Below are positions 36,372 to 45,851 of a stretch of DNA of 64,000 nucleotides, piece after piece (position 1 is the first letter of the stretch; each line of letters starts with the position of its first letter). The stretch is from positions 1 through 64,000 of IMG/VR virus record IMGVR_UViG_3300032770_000002. One strand, 5' to 3'. The translations under genes were made by a program, and so were the position numbers. The notes beneath the pieces are model-generated. The model was not told where the DNA came from. It worked only from the letters and a program-made list of their open reading frames with translations, and ran no database searches.

Positions 36372-37472
36372 TTACACGGCGATGTGGTTGACCAGCTTCT
36401 TGACGTCTTCGTTGTTGCACTCGATGTTGCCATCCGCGCCACGAGTAGCCAAAACTCGGTTTGACCAAGCGTCATCCTCCTGGTGAGTCGCGCCATGCAG
36501 CGTGAATTCATCGTCACCGACGACTAGGTCGGAGATGACCTCAAGCACTTGGTCTGGAGTCGTGTTGTAGATGCGAAGGTTGTCATTGAACGGCTCCGAC
36601 ACGATGAGGATGTTGAACCGGTTGGCGATGTCCCTGGCAACCTGCGCGATCTCATCTTGGGAAAGGATCGCCTCATTGACCTCGTCCTCATCGTCAGCTT
36701 CTGGCTCGGCGTCCGATTCGACAAGGTGCCGGCAGGAGATCGGAAGCGCCGCTGGCTTGTATGCAACTGGAGCTTGTGGGATGCAGTTCCACGCCTCAAC
36801 AAGACCAGTCTCAAACACGACGTAGGCAACGTATTCCCGGAGCTGTTCAAACCTTTTGATTTGAAACGTGTGCGGTAATCGGCGGGCAACATTATTGATG
36901 ATCGCTGTTCGAGACGCGATGATCGTGACTGGTCGGCCGTCAACGGTGCAAAGCGCGCACTCCAGGCCCTGGTGGTGTCGATAGACGTAAAGGCCAGCGT
37001 TCGTCCCAGTCTCAACCCAAATCAACCCGGTTGAACCTTGGGCCTTGTTGAGGGCGTGGTGCTTGATCAGTGGACCGGCACACTGGCTATCGACTGGGAT
37101 GTGGCCAAGGCCATACTCACTTGCGATGCTGAGGTAGTTGTGGATGACGCCGTTGTGGGCAAAGATGATGTCGCTGTCCGCTCCATTTGGATACGTGAAT
37201 GGGTGGGCGTTCTGGTCATTGACGCCACCGTGCGTGGCGTAGCGGACGTGACCGTATCCAAGGTTGAACCGAGCTGCACGCTCAATTCGGTGGTTGCAGT
37301 TTCGGAGAAATCGCAGCGGGTCAATGGCCTTCTTGAAGACCTTAAACTTCATCTCGTCCTTGTCGAAGTAGACGAGCCCAACGGAGTGCGGGCCAAACAT
37401 GCGCGCTTCGTGATAAAGGCAGCGCAAGACCGAGTTGGTCATGTGACCGGCAAATCCAATGATGGCACACAT
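36372..37472 (-). CDS. Class II (Ntn) glutamine amidotransferase
   Basis: Starts MCAIIG (catalytic Cys); GHVRYATHG, NAHPF, FAHNGVI, VDSQ. Confidence 0.88.
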   Translation of the reverse strand: MCAIIGFAGHMTNSVLRCLYHEARMFGPHSVGLVYFDKDEMKFKVFKKAIDPLRFLRNCNHRIERAARFNLGYGHVRYATHGGVNDQNAHPFTYPNGADSDIIFAHNGVIHNYLSIASEYGLGHIPVDSQCAGPLIKHHALNKAQGSTGLIWVETGTNAGLYVYRHHQGLECALCTVDGRPVTIIASRTAIINNVARRLPHTFQIKRFEQLREYVAYVVFETGLVEAWNCIPQAPVAYKPAALPISCRHLVESDAEPEADDEDEVNEAILSQDEIAQVARDIANRFNILIVSEPFNDNLRIYNTTPDQVLEVISDLVVGDDEFTLHGATHQEDDAWSNRVLATRGADGNIECNNEDVKKLVNHIAV

Positions 37473-37476
37473 AGCT

Positions 37477-37809
37477 TTAAGCAGAGAACGCGGTTTCTTG
37501 CTGGCCCCTGAACGGAACGATTCGAAACCGTTTTTCAGGTTCGTCATCAAAGACGATGCAGTCTAACTCCGTGCAGATTTTCTTGTCGTTGTCGAAGAGG
37601 AGGCTTCCACGGTCCATAAACCACGCCTGATAGGTGATCGCCGTGTCAAGTTTTACCGTGATTTGCGAGCCGTCACCGCAGACAATTTTGACGTCGTCGC
37701 CTTCGACAGTCAGCGTGCGAACAACTTGATTGTGAACGGCGCAAATGATCTTGCCAGACTTGTGGCCGCCCATCAGGTCTCTGAATGACTCAATATGCAC
37801 TTGTTCCAT
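37477..37809 (-). CDS. Hypothetical early protein
   Basis: ATG at 37809 is 7 nt after the -10 box. Confidence 0.6.
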   Translation of the reverse strand: MEQVHIESFRDLMGGHKSGKIICAVHNQVVRTLTVEGDDVKIVCGDGSQITVKLDTAITYQAWFMDRGSLLFDNDKKICTELDCIVFDDEPEKRFRIVPFRGQQETAFSA

Positions 37810-37816
37810 ACCAGTG

Positions 37817-37846
37817 AATATACCACAAGTGCTCGAGTTTGTAAAC
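37817..37846 (-). promoter_or_regulatory. Putative early promoter
   Basis: GTTTAC-N18-TATATT with TGTGG extension. Confidence 0.72.
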
Positions 37847-37866
37847 AAAAACTTTCAAAAATAATT

Positions 37867-38160
37867 TTAGACCTCCTCGACAAGGTTAAACCGCTCTTCG
37901 AGCTCGAGCCAGGCGTCATCCGGGAGCGTGACGGAATAAAGCTCAATGGACGCCATGTTGGTGTTGCCGATGGCCTCGCAAAAGGATTTGACCGACCCGA
38001 CGGTTGCGAAAAACTTGCAGCAGTCTCGAGCGTCAATTTTGACCGTCTGGCCGTTTTCCGTGGTGACGACGGCTGACGAGTCATCATTGACTTGGACTTC
38101 ACTCGACGGGTCAAGTTCCTCGGCTAGCCTTTTGAGATTTTCAGACAATTCACTTCTCAT
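37867..38160 (-). CDS. Hypothetical protein
   Basis: 97 aa acidic ORF. Confidence 0.6.
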   Translation of the reverse strand: MRSELSENLKRLAEELDPSSEVQVNDDSSAVVTTENGQTVKIDARDCCKFFATVGSVKSFCEAIGNTNMASIELYSVTLPDDAWLELEERFNLVEEV

Positions 38161-38188
38161 ATGTGATTTAACGTAGTTTCAATAGCTT

Positions 38189-38749
38189 ATGCGTTTTTTA
38201 GAACGTCGCGATTTTACATATGACCCAAACCTGTTCCGGCTTGCTGACACTCAAACGGCTCTTAAGATTTACGCCGAGTGGATCCAGCGCTACACGCCAC
38301 AGCCGCAGCCCGTATTTTTCGAAGTTGATCGCTCAGTCGCTCGCATTGACCCGCTGTGGCACATGCCACTGACTGACCGAACTCAATTTTCTCGAGAGTT
38401 AAAACTTCCAACGGTCAATATCGGCAAGGAGAAAAAGCAGTGGACGCTTGATCCGAAGACGAACGTCTTGACGCCAAAGCAGCGTGACGTCTTTCTCCTC
38501 GCCCACAACCACCTTGAAAAGTTCGACTACTGGCCGCTTAAGGGCGACTTCATCTACTACAACGGCTATCGATTTCTAATCGTTGAAGTCGAGATTCCAC
38601 GCGAGGCTTACTGGCAACAAACCAATGTCTGGATGGGTTTAAACTGCCACAGTGAAATTGCCCTCGAAGGTGACGCAAAGCCCATGGTCAATCCGGGAGT
38701 GGCTGGCTCAGGCGAGCACAGCTCTGGGCCGATCTTATCAGCTGAATGA
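38189..38749 (+). CDS. Neck/head-closure protein (gp14-like), tentative
   Basis: IDPLW...PLKGDFIYYNGYRFLIVEV pattern; upstream of the sheath cluster. Confidence 0.4.
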   Translation: MRFLERRDFTYDPNLFRLADTQTALKIYAEWIQRYTPQPQPVFFEVDRSVARIDPLWHMPLTDRTQFSRELKLPTVNIGKEKKQWTLDPKTNVLTPKQRDVFLLAHNHLEKFDYWPLKGDFIYYNGYRFLIVEVEIPREAYWQQTNVWMGLNCHSEIALEGDAKPMVNPGVAGSGEHSSGPILSAE

Positions 38750-39063
38750 ACGAGGTTGATGAGTTGATGGTTGACTTAAGCAACGGCTTGAATGAGTCCG
38801 TTGACAGAAAGCTCCTGCACAAAAATCTCCTTGACGCCTTTGCCGCCCTGCGAAAGGACATGACGGAGTCTGAGTTGATTCAAAAACGCCTCACGCAGTT
38901 TGAGGGGTTGGCGAAGCGGTTGCGGGTCACGATTGAAGAAGGCCAGTTAAAGGTCGTCTCAGAACCATCGGATTCCCAAGTCATGACCGTCCTTCGCACA
39001 GGGTGTTACTGGCATGAGTCAATGGACATTGACTCGGTCTTTCTGGCGAGTCTGATTAGATAG
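38746..39063 (+). CDS. Hypothetical protein
   Basis: ATGA-coupled. Confidence 0.55.
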   Translation: MNEVDELMVDLSNGLNESVDRKLLHKNLLDAFAALRKDMTESELIQKRLTQFEGLAKRLRVTIEEGQLKVVSEPSDSQVMTVLRTGCYWHESMDIDSVFLASLIR

Positions 39064-39087
39064 ATTGCCCGCTGTAATTAGCCACAG

Positions 39088-39366
39088 ATGGGTCAAATAC
39101 GCATGAACATCGAAGCGATCATCTCGAAAGTAGACTTACGGAATAAGGCCAGCATCATGGAGGCGGCGAATCAGCTCATTGGGCTGAACAACGTCTCTGA
39201 AGGCGATGAGGTCACCGTGACGGACAACGACTATTACCCGTTTGAGGGTCAAGTGGGCCGTGTGACGAAAGTCGTGCCTGAACAGGGCGTGGCGCACGTC
39301 AAGTTCCCGAACGTGGCCGAACCCGTCGTAATGATGACCAACCTTCTCATTCCAGTCAACAAGTAA
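39088..39366 (+). CDS. KOW/SH3-like domain protein
   Basis: EGDEVTVTD...PFEGQVGRVTKVVPEQGVAHVKF. Confidence 0.6.
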   Translation: MGQIRMNIEAIISKVDLRNKASIMEAANQLIGLNNVSEGDEVTVTDNDYYPFEGQVGRVTKVVPEQGVAHVKFPNVAEPVVMMTNLLIPVNK

Positions 39367-40037
39367 TGGACTCAATCCGGCGACTTTTGGGCGAGGATGA
39401 AGTGGCGCCCGTAATGGTGCCGTCGACGACTCTGCTTGATCGACAACGGCGAGCGCGTCCATGGTTCCGCGAGGACCCGCCGGCAAGCAGGGAGTCTGAA
39501 GGCAGCGGCAGCAAGCCGACAAAAGAATCGCTCGTTGACAGTCTTAATGAGGTCTCCAAGTGGATTCGCGAGTCTCAAGCTGGTGACCTGTTCCCAGTGG
39601 CCGACCGCTTGGACAAGCTCGTCGAAGGCATTAACAAGAACGCTTTTGTGGCCTTTGACGCCACGATGTCAGTCACGACAGTGCGCGATCCGAACGTCGT
39701 CACGCAACCCAGGCCGCCTGAGCAGGACCCGGTAATTGCGGCCATTTTAGCCAAGGAGCCACCGCAGTCGAGCACGCAGAGCTCGCTACAAACTCCGAAT
39801 GTTCACGCCCAAAATCCAACTCCGGCGAATATCCAGAAAGCCATGGAAGACGCCGCGTTAGGGAAGGAAGCTCCACCAAAGATCACGCTAGTTGAATCTG
39901 CAGGCGCGGCTACAGCGGCCAGTTTGTTGCAAACCGGCGGTAGTTCCATGAGCGGTGGACCGCTTTTAGGGGCGCCTCCTTCTGGCGACACGACGAAGAC
40001 GTGGAACGCGTTCATGCGCTTTGTAAAAGCGAAGTAG
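39366..40037 (+). CDS. Hypothetical, partly disordered protein (candidate head protein)
   Basis: Multiple xxE-S motifs; Pro/Ser-rich. Confidence 0.6.
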   Translation: MDSIRRLLGEDEVAPVMVPSTTLLDRQRRARPWFREDPPASRESEGSGSKPTKESLVDSLNEVSKWIRESQAGDLFPVADRLDKLVEGINKNAFVAFDATMSVTTVRDPNVVTQPRPPEQDPVIAAILAKEPPQSSTQSSLQTPNVHAQNPTPANIQKAMEDAALGKEAPPKITLVESAGAATAASLLQTGGSSMSGGPLLGAPPSGDTTKTWNAFMRFVKAK

Positions 40038-40056
40038 TTACGACGGATTTAAGGCT

Positions 40057-42720
40057 ATGAGCCAAGACATCACAATTCAAACGTTTCCCGGGGTCTACGT
40101 CAACGTCCTTGACAACAGCTTTCCGACGAACATCGTTAGCCGATATAGTCTCGGCGTCACGGGCGTGGCATCCAAGGGGCCAATGAACGTCCCGACTCGG
40201 ACGCCATCCGTTACTTCATTCGTCAGCCAGTTTGGAAAGCCAGTTACGTCGAACCCAATGCCTGCCCAAGCCGTTGCGGCTGTGGGTGACTTTTCCGACG
40301 GCACCTGGTTTAACCGGGTCGGCCACGTCTACTCTGCCGTCGCAAGTGACGCGGCGAGTGTCGTTGGCTCAGGGTCGCCAGACCCATACAAGATTTACAC
40401 CTCATCGGCCAAGGACTTTCAACTTGGCGACTACATTCGCATCGTCGAGGCCGGCAAGATTTCGACGGTTAACGCGAGGGTCTCAGACTACATTCCTTCA
40501 GGCAACGTCATCAACCCGACTGGCCTTCAATTGGTGAGCACTGGTCCTGAAGCGGTTGAACTGGCCGACGACTACGTCAGCGCGTTCATTGACCGGAGTG
40601 AAGCCACGGACGCCGCGTCCAACGCCGAGTCATTCCTCAGTTCCATTGTCTACGGCGATAGCAACTATGTTGAAAGCGCCGGCTTCGTGACAGGGAGCAA
40701 GACGTCCTACAGTTTTGACGTCGATGGCTTTGTTGGGCCGCTGCCAATTACCAGCCTTGTCGTTTCCAGCGGCGTGGCCACGCTGACAATGTCCAACATG
40801 CCACGTTACCAAGTCGGCGATTACGTCCACATCGCCAACGCGGCCGTTAGCGGGTGCAATGGTGAGTTCGTCGTTCTCACAAGCGACCTCAGCAGTCAGA
40901 TCACCTTCAACGTGCCTGGCGAACTTGGGCCAGAGCTGCTTACGGGTGAAGCCCCTGTGGGTGGTTATGTGACCATCGACACGACTCCTGGAGCGTCTTA
41001 CGACTACACCAACGGCGTTGGTGAGACCCTCATCAATGGCGCCGCGCAAACTCAGACTACCGGAACGGTGGTTGCTCAGGGAAGCTTTATTCGAGTCTAC
41101 ACGTCGGCGCCGACGGCCACTGGGTCGTTGAAGCTTGTCGAGGGCGTGGCCGATGGAACGATCGCCGTGGCCGATGGTGCGACGGCTATCACCGTGGCCA
41201 TTCTTGCCCCTGGCGACCTCATCAAGATCGTTCAAACCAGTGGAGGTGGCCGGTCGACGACCTATGAGGCGATGGTCCAAGAAATCATTGGTGGGACGCA
41301 CGTCAATCTTTACCCGTCAAATGTGACGAACATCGGTTACCAGGCCGTGTCGCTGCAGGACAACTATTCAGCTGGCAACATCTATAAGGCTCACCGCGAC
41401 GCAAACGGCAACCTTGTCACGACGCTAGCCATTCACATGATTGCCGCCTCTGCCGGCACGTGGGCAAACAGTGACGGCGTTGCAAATGGACTGTGGGTCA
41501 CGGTGTCTCCTGGCGCCAACGCTGGCACGAAGAAGTTGCTCGTCTACGTTGACGGCACACTGGTTGAGACGATCGACAACTTGTCGATGGATTCGAGCTC
41601 AACGGACTACTTCCCAGCTCGCATCAACGGGCTCTCACAAAACATCGCCATCTTGACTGACACCGCTGGCAACCCAATTGGCATGCTTGGCTCTAGTCCG
41701 CCCGCCAACACGATGAACGGCTGGTCTGGCGCTTCGCAGAAGGTCAATTTTGCGGTCTTTGGCGACGAGTCACTCAACTATGGCCAAGGCTTTGACGGCG
41801 AAGTGATGACCACGCAGGACGTCATCGGCACGCTGTCTTCGACTGGAGCTTACACCGGGCTGCGGGCCTTCACACGCCCTGGCTCGAATTACAACTTGAG
41901 CGACCTCATCTGTCCTGGCATCACCGACTTAGCAGTGCACCAGGAAATGATCCTCATTGCCACGAAGATTTTTGCTGAGGCGCTCATTGACTCGCCAAGT
42001 GGGATAAACGGCCGACAGATCGTTGATTGGAGCAATGGCGCTGGAGACTATTCTGGCTCGCGTGCGGCCATTACAGCTTGGCAGGCTTCGCTGCCATGGA
42101 ATTGGATCAGCATCACTGACCCATTTACGGGCAACTCCATCAGTATCCCGCCGACAATCGCCTTGGCTCGCCAACGGGCCTTTACGTTTGACCACTTTAA
42201 GCCGTGGTATGCGGCTTCCGGCGTGAATCGTGGCGTCATCTCGATTGCCAACAGCGTCGAGTTTGCCACGGTCGATGATGACACGCGAAATGGCTTCATG
42301 GCATCAGGGCAGTCCATCACGCCCATCCTGGATGACTTTGGTCAAATCTTGGTCTGGGGCGACAGGACACTTCAGCGGACCAACTCCAAGCTGATCCAGC
42401 TGAGTGTGGCGACGCTGGTCAACTACCTGGCACTGAACATTGGGCAGCTTGGTCGGAAGTATATCTTCGACCCCAACGACCAGGAGCTGATCGTCCTCTT
42501 CACGAACGACCTTCGGTCGCTGTTTGAAGGGGTCAAGTCTGACCGTGGTATTTCGGACTACAATGTGGCCGCGGACAACTCGATCAACACGCCCGAAGTG
42601 CAAAACCAGCACGCAGCCATTGTCAACGTGGACTTCATTCCATTTGGGTCACTGGAGCGGCTCTACGTCAACCTGATTGTCGATCCTTCGGGCGCTACGA
42701 TCACCAACATCACGGGCTAG
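40057..42720 (+). CDS. Contractile tail sheath protein with inserted domains
   Basis: FPGVYVNVLD, GVASKGPMNVP, WYAASGVNRGVI, GQILVWGDRTL, RKYIFDPND, GISDYNV, LERLYV. Confidence 0.93.
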   Translation: MSQDITIQTFPGVYVNVLDNSFPTNIVSRYSLGVTGVASKGPMNVPTRTPSVTSFVSQFGKPVTSNPMPAQAVAAVGDFSDGTWFNRVGHVYSAVASDAASVVGSGSPDPYKIYTSSAKDFQLGDYIRIVEAGKISTVNARVSDYIPSGNVINPTGLQLVSTGPEAVELADDYVSAFIDRSEATDAASNAESFLSSIVYGDSNYVESAGFVTGSKTSYSFDVDGFVGPLPITSLVVSSGVATLTMSNMPRYQVGDYVHIANAAVSGCNGEFVVLTSDLSSQITFNVPGELGPELLTGEAPVGGYVTIDTTPGASYDYTNGVGETLINGAAQTQTTGTVVAQGSFIRVYTSAPTATGSLKLVEGVADGTIAVADGATAITVAILAPGDLIKIVQTSGGGRSTTYEAMVQEIIGGTHVNLYPSNVTNIGYQAVSLQDNYSAGNIYKAHRDANGNLVTTLAIHMIAASAGTWANSDGVANGLWVTVSPGANAGTKKLLVYVDGTLVETIDNLSMDSSSTDYFPARINGLSQNIAILTDTAGNPIGMLGSSPPANTMNGWSGASQKVNFAVFGDESLNYGQGFDGEVMTTQDVIGTLSSTGAYTGLRAFTRPGSNYNLSDLICPGITDLAVHQEMILIATKIFAEALIDSPSGINGRQIVDWSNGAGDYSGSRAAITAWQASLPWNWISITDPFTGNSISIPPTIALARQRAFTFDHFKPWYAASGVNRGVISIANSVEFATVDDDTRNGFMASGQSITPILDDFGQILVWGDRTLQRTNSKLIQLSVATLVNYLALNIGQLGRKYIFDPNDQELIVLFTNDLRSLFEGVKSDRGISDYNVAADNSINTPEVQNQHAAIVNVDFIPFGSLERLYVNLIVDPSGATITNITG

Positions 42721-43258
42721 TGGGTCTAATGTCGTTGATTACGGCAAATCGACCGAAGGCTTTTCTGGCCGCTCTATTGTAGGCTTTGGCTGCAGCAAGT
42801 TCACTTCGAAACATTCCAATTAGTCGGCCTTTTTTGTTGACTTGGATTTTAGCCTTCCAAAGGCCAGTCTTGGAATGGAGATGAACACCTTTAAATTTTG
42901 ATGTTAGACCTGATCGTCGGTCTTTTGGCCGATTACCCTGTTGTTGCACTTCTGTGGCCACTCTAAGATTGCAACGACGGTTGTCAAGACGCTCTCTATT
43001 AATGTGATCGGGTTCGCAACCACGCGGCACATTAATGATCCAGTAGGCCATCTGTAAATTTGCATGATTGGCGTAACCGTTATGTCCAAGATGCCATCTA
43101 TGTTTGTTGAGGCGGTCATAGTCGCGATTATTTACTATAGTGAAACCACACGAAGTGAAAACGGTATTACGTCCAGGGCGTCCAGGATGAATGGCTCTAA
43201 CAAGTTGAATGAGTCTTGCGTCAGGATCAAGAAGTGCTTCAAAGAATGCTACCGTCAT
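42710..43258 (-). CDS. HNH endonuclease with AP2 domain
   Basis: PDHINRERLDNRRCNLR; SKFKGV...WKAKI...AAKAYNRAARKAFGRFA. AT-rich and inverted between sheath and tube. Confidence 0.9.
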   Translation of the reverse strand: MTVAFFEALLDPDARLIQLVRAIHPGRPGRNTVFTSCGFTIVNNRDYDRLNKHRWHLGHNGYANHANLQMAYWIINVPRGCEPDHINRERLDNRRCNLRVATEVQQQGNRPKDRRSGLTSKFKGVHLHSKTGLWKAKIQVNKKGRLIGMFRSELAAAKAYNRAARKAFGRFAVINDIRPTSP

Positions 43259-43339
43259 TGATTCCAAGAACTGTAGATAAGCTGTGGAAAAGATGATTTT
43301 TATCGTCAGCGAAAAATTAGTAAATCCATCTAAGCCGTT

Positions 43340-43951
43340 ATGAGCAAAATGCTCTACAAAAATGAATGGGGCAGCCAAGGGTCAAACCTTGACCCACAAC
43401 GCACAGACCTGTTCCGGTTTTGGATCAACCTGCCGGCTGTCATTGGCGGCATGGGAAACTGGCAGGAGAACGTGTCGTTCGCCGTCCAGTCGTTTCCGTT
43501 CCCTGAACGCGCGCAGCAGACCTTTGAGATGAAGTATCTCAACCAGGTCAACCACATCCTCGGGTCTGACACGCCGACAGGGCCGATCGAGGTCCCTGTT
43601 CGCTACGCATTCACCCAGCCGACGGCTCAACTGCTCTATCGCTGGCACTACCTGACGTCGAACCCTCGAACTGGCTCAGTTGTTCGCACGACTCAGATCA
43701 AGACTTACGGGTTTTTCGCGTGGCTCATCCCGAGAAAGTTGACTCCCGACATCATCGACCAAATGGAAGTCGACCCGAACGCGCTTCAAATTGGCATGCA
43801 GTATCAGCTCGAAGGATGCATGCCGATCAACCTCAAGCCGACGGACGCCAACATGCTTGAGGGCAACGTGCCAGTCACGTTGACGTTCCGCCTGCAAATC
43901 GACAGGTTTTACCCGGTGAGTGTCGACGCGTCGAACATGATCTTTGCTTGA
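43340..43951 (+). CDS. Tail tube protein (gp19-like)
   Basis: LDPQRTDLFRF, FPFPE, LYRWH, YQLEGCMP, LTFRLQID; follows the sheath gene. Confidence 0.8.
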   Translation: MSKMLYKNEWGSQGSNLDPQRTDLFRFWINLPAVIGGMGNWQENVSFAVQSFPFPERAQQTFEMKYLNQVNHILGSDTPTGPIEVPVRYAFTQPTAQLLYRWHYLTSNPRTGSVVRTTQIKTYGFFAWLIPRKLTPDIIDQMEVDPNALQIGMQYQLEGCMPINLKPTDANMLEGNVPVTLTFRLQIDRFYPVSVDASNMIFA

Positions 43952-43993
43952 AGTTGGAGTTGAGTGACAGACAGATGGGGTTGAACAGGAACG

Positions 43994-44032
43994 AAAAGAC
44001 CCGCAGGGCTTGCCACCTTGCGGGTCTTTTTT
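43994..44032. terminator. Bidirectional intrinsic terminator
   Basis: AAAAGACCCGCAGG-loop-CCTTGCGGGTCTTTTTT between convergent genes. Confidence 0.88.
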
Positions 44033-44047
44033 GACAACTGACGGACG

Positions 44048-44485
44048 CTAACGAATGTTCACTTTGACCAGCCCATGGAAGCGGGCCAGGTCTTCAGCTC
44101 TGACACGACCGGTTAAGTCGTCGACCGTCATCTCGGTCTTGTAGGCCTTGACAGTCACTCGCGTGCCGCGTTTGGCGATGGTGAACAGGGCCTTCGGCCA
44201 GATGTAGACCTTCGTCTCGCCATCCTCGATGACGAGAAGCGTATTATCTCGGTTGGAGTTCCTGGCTTGCATCGAAGGGAGGTGGAGGAGGTTGTAACGT
44301 TCGTTCAACTCCTTCGACAGGCGGTCCAGTCTCGCCTTGGTCATGCACTTCAAGTCGGTCGTAGTCGAGCTTGTGATGACCGTCGCAGTCTCCCTCCCTG
44401 GGTTGATTTTCACAACCTTCAGGTCCTGGGTGTTGATCGACACAAAGGTCTCCCCCTTGGCAATCAGTATGTGCGTTGGTTTCAT
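44048..44485 (-). CDS. Hypothetical protein
   Basis: GGAG RBS before the ATG; good codon pattern. Confidence 0.6.
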   Translation of the reverse strand: MKPTHILIAKGETFVSINTQDLKVVKINPGRETATVITSSTTTDLKCMTKARLDRLSKELNERYNLLHLPSMQARNSNRDNTLLVIEDGETKVYIWPKALFTIAKRGTRVTVKAYKTEMTVDDLTGRVRAEDLARFHGLVKVNIR

Positions 44486-44906
44486 TGATTTTCTCCGGTT
44501 CTTTGATGTCGGTCACTTCAAGTTCGACCTCAACGTGGGTAACACGCCTAATTGGCCGATACGATTGTTCGACATACTTCTGCTGTTTTTGTAGTGCACC
44601 CGCGTAAAACCGCTTGAGTCGGGCAACAAGTTCAACGAGGACGCATCGGTTGAAGACCAGGTGGCTGAAGAGCATGCCAACGAACCAAACTGCTGGCAAA
44701 ACCCACAGCCACCGATTCTCGCCAATGGCAAGAAGCATGCCGGCTGTGAACGCCGTTGGTCCATAGACGAGCGCGCCAATCCTGTTGAACCGCCGAAGCG
44801 CATTGGTTAAATCGCGAACTCGAGCAGGTTGCAGTTGGAACGTAAGAACGAAGCGTCGACTTCGCCAACTAAGCCTTCGTCCGATCCAATGAAGCGGATG
44901 TCGCAT
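44244..44906 (-). CDS. Two-TM membrane protein with uncertain ends
   Basis: Core GALVYGPTAFTAGMLLAIGENRWLWVLPAVWFVGMLFSHLVF looks real; both ends overlap neighbours heavily. Confidence 0.35.
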   Translation of the reverse strand: MRHPLHWIGRRLSWRSRRFVLTFQLQPARVRDLTNALRRFNRIGALVYGPTAFTAGMLLAIGENRWLWVLPAVWFVGMLFSHLVFNRCVLVELVARLKRFYAGALQKQQKYVEQSYRPIRRVTHVEVELEVTDIKEPEKINETNAHTDCQGGDLCVDQHPGPEGCENQPREGDCDGHHKLDYDRLEVHDQGETGPPVEGVERTLQPPPPPFDASQELQPR

Positions 44907-45334
44907 CGGCCGTTCTTCGACTGTAACAAGCTCACTGCCTTGAGGTTCACCACCGTAAAATCGCCCGGGCCTGGTTGAACAGGTGCCACAGCGGTGGTCG
45001 TTGCTGCAGCAGTTACGGGTTCTTGTCGGCCTTCCGGCGCACGTTCAGACGTGGCTGGCGGCGTGATGGATTGACCGAGCATGAGCTTGCGGAACGGGGA
45101 GTCATTTCCAAGCAGGTTTTTAGCGGTCAACGCTGATTGGAATGAAGCCTCAACTCCAGCACTGCCCGGCGAGCACCAGCCTTTGTTCGAAAGGACGCGA
45201 AGGACCGTGGATTTCTTTGCACGGCCAGACGTCTTGACGTCCTCGAGGAGGGCACGTTCGACTTCGGCGAGGGCCGCAGTCAACTCGGCATCAGTTCTTT
45301 GATTGATTCTCATAGTTTCAAGCGCAAATTGCAC
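44807..45334 (-). CDS. Hypothetical early protein
   Basis: Directly downstream of a GTTTAC promoter. Confidence 0.6.
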   Translation of the reverse strand: MQFALETMRINQRTDAELTAALAEVERALLEDVKTSGRAKKSTVLRVLSNKGWCSPGSAGVEASFQSALTAKNLLGNDSPFRKLMLGQSITPPATSERAPEGRQEPVTAAATTTAVAPVQPGPGDFTVVNLKAVSLLQSKNGRCDIRFIGSDEGLVGEVDASFLRSNCNLLEFAI

Positions 45335-45345
45335 TCTTGGGCCAT

Positions 45346-45374
45346 ATCATACCACGAAATTGGATTTTGTAAAC
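45346..45374 (-). promoter_or_regulatory. Putative early promoter
   Basis: GTTTAC-N17-TATGAT with GTGG extension. Confidence 0.75.
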
Positions 45375-45383
45375 AGAAAAACG

Positions 45384-45851
45384 TTAAAAATTTAATTTGG
45401 CAAAGGAACCAAAAATTTTTCTGGCTTGACGATCATAAACCACGGCCGCTTCCGCTTCATCGTCAAACTGCCCAATAAAATTGTGTTGAACGCTAACACT
45501 CCATTTTCGATTTTGCTTATTCCAACTAACTCCTTTAAATTGACTTGAACGATTTGGGGTTTTACGTCTATTTGCGGTATTTTGGGCATGGGTCGCTGGT
45601 CGAAGATTTGACCGTGTATTATTCAGACCGTCACCGTTTTCGTGATCAACCTCTGGCAATCCAATTTTTGCAGCTATTTCACGGTGCATGTAAACACTCT
45701 TCTCACCGGCCGACGGGACGCTCTTGGCATACCAGTAAGTTTTATGTTTTGTTTGACTCTTTACCGCATACCATTTTCGTAGACTAAGCCATTCAAAATC
45801 TTCATCATCGACTAAAGCCGATTTATTTTGCGTAAGCGGTATTCTTTTCAC
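45384..45851 (-). CDS. HNH endonuclease with AP2 domain
   Basis: GTG overlapping the upstream TAG; IPLTQNKSALVDDEDF, YMHREI, VDHENGDGLNNTRSNLR, SQFKGVSW. Confidence 0.9.
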   Translation of the reverse strand: MKRIPLTQNKSALVDDEDFEWLSLRKWYAVKSQTKHKTYWYAKSVPSAGEKSVYMHREIAAKIGLPEVDHENGDGLNNTRSNLRPATHAQNTANRRKTPNRSSQFKGVSWNKQNRKWSVSVQHNFIGQFDDEAEAAVVYDRQARKIFGSFAKLNF

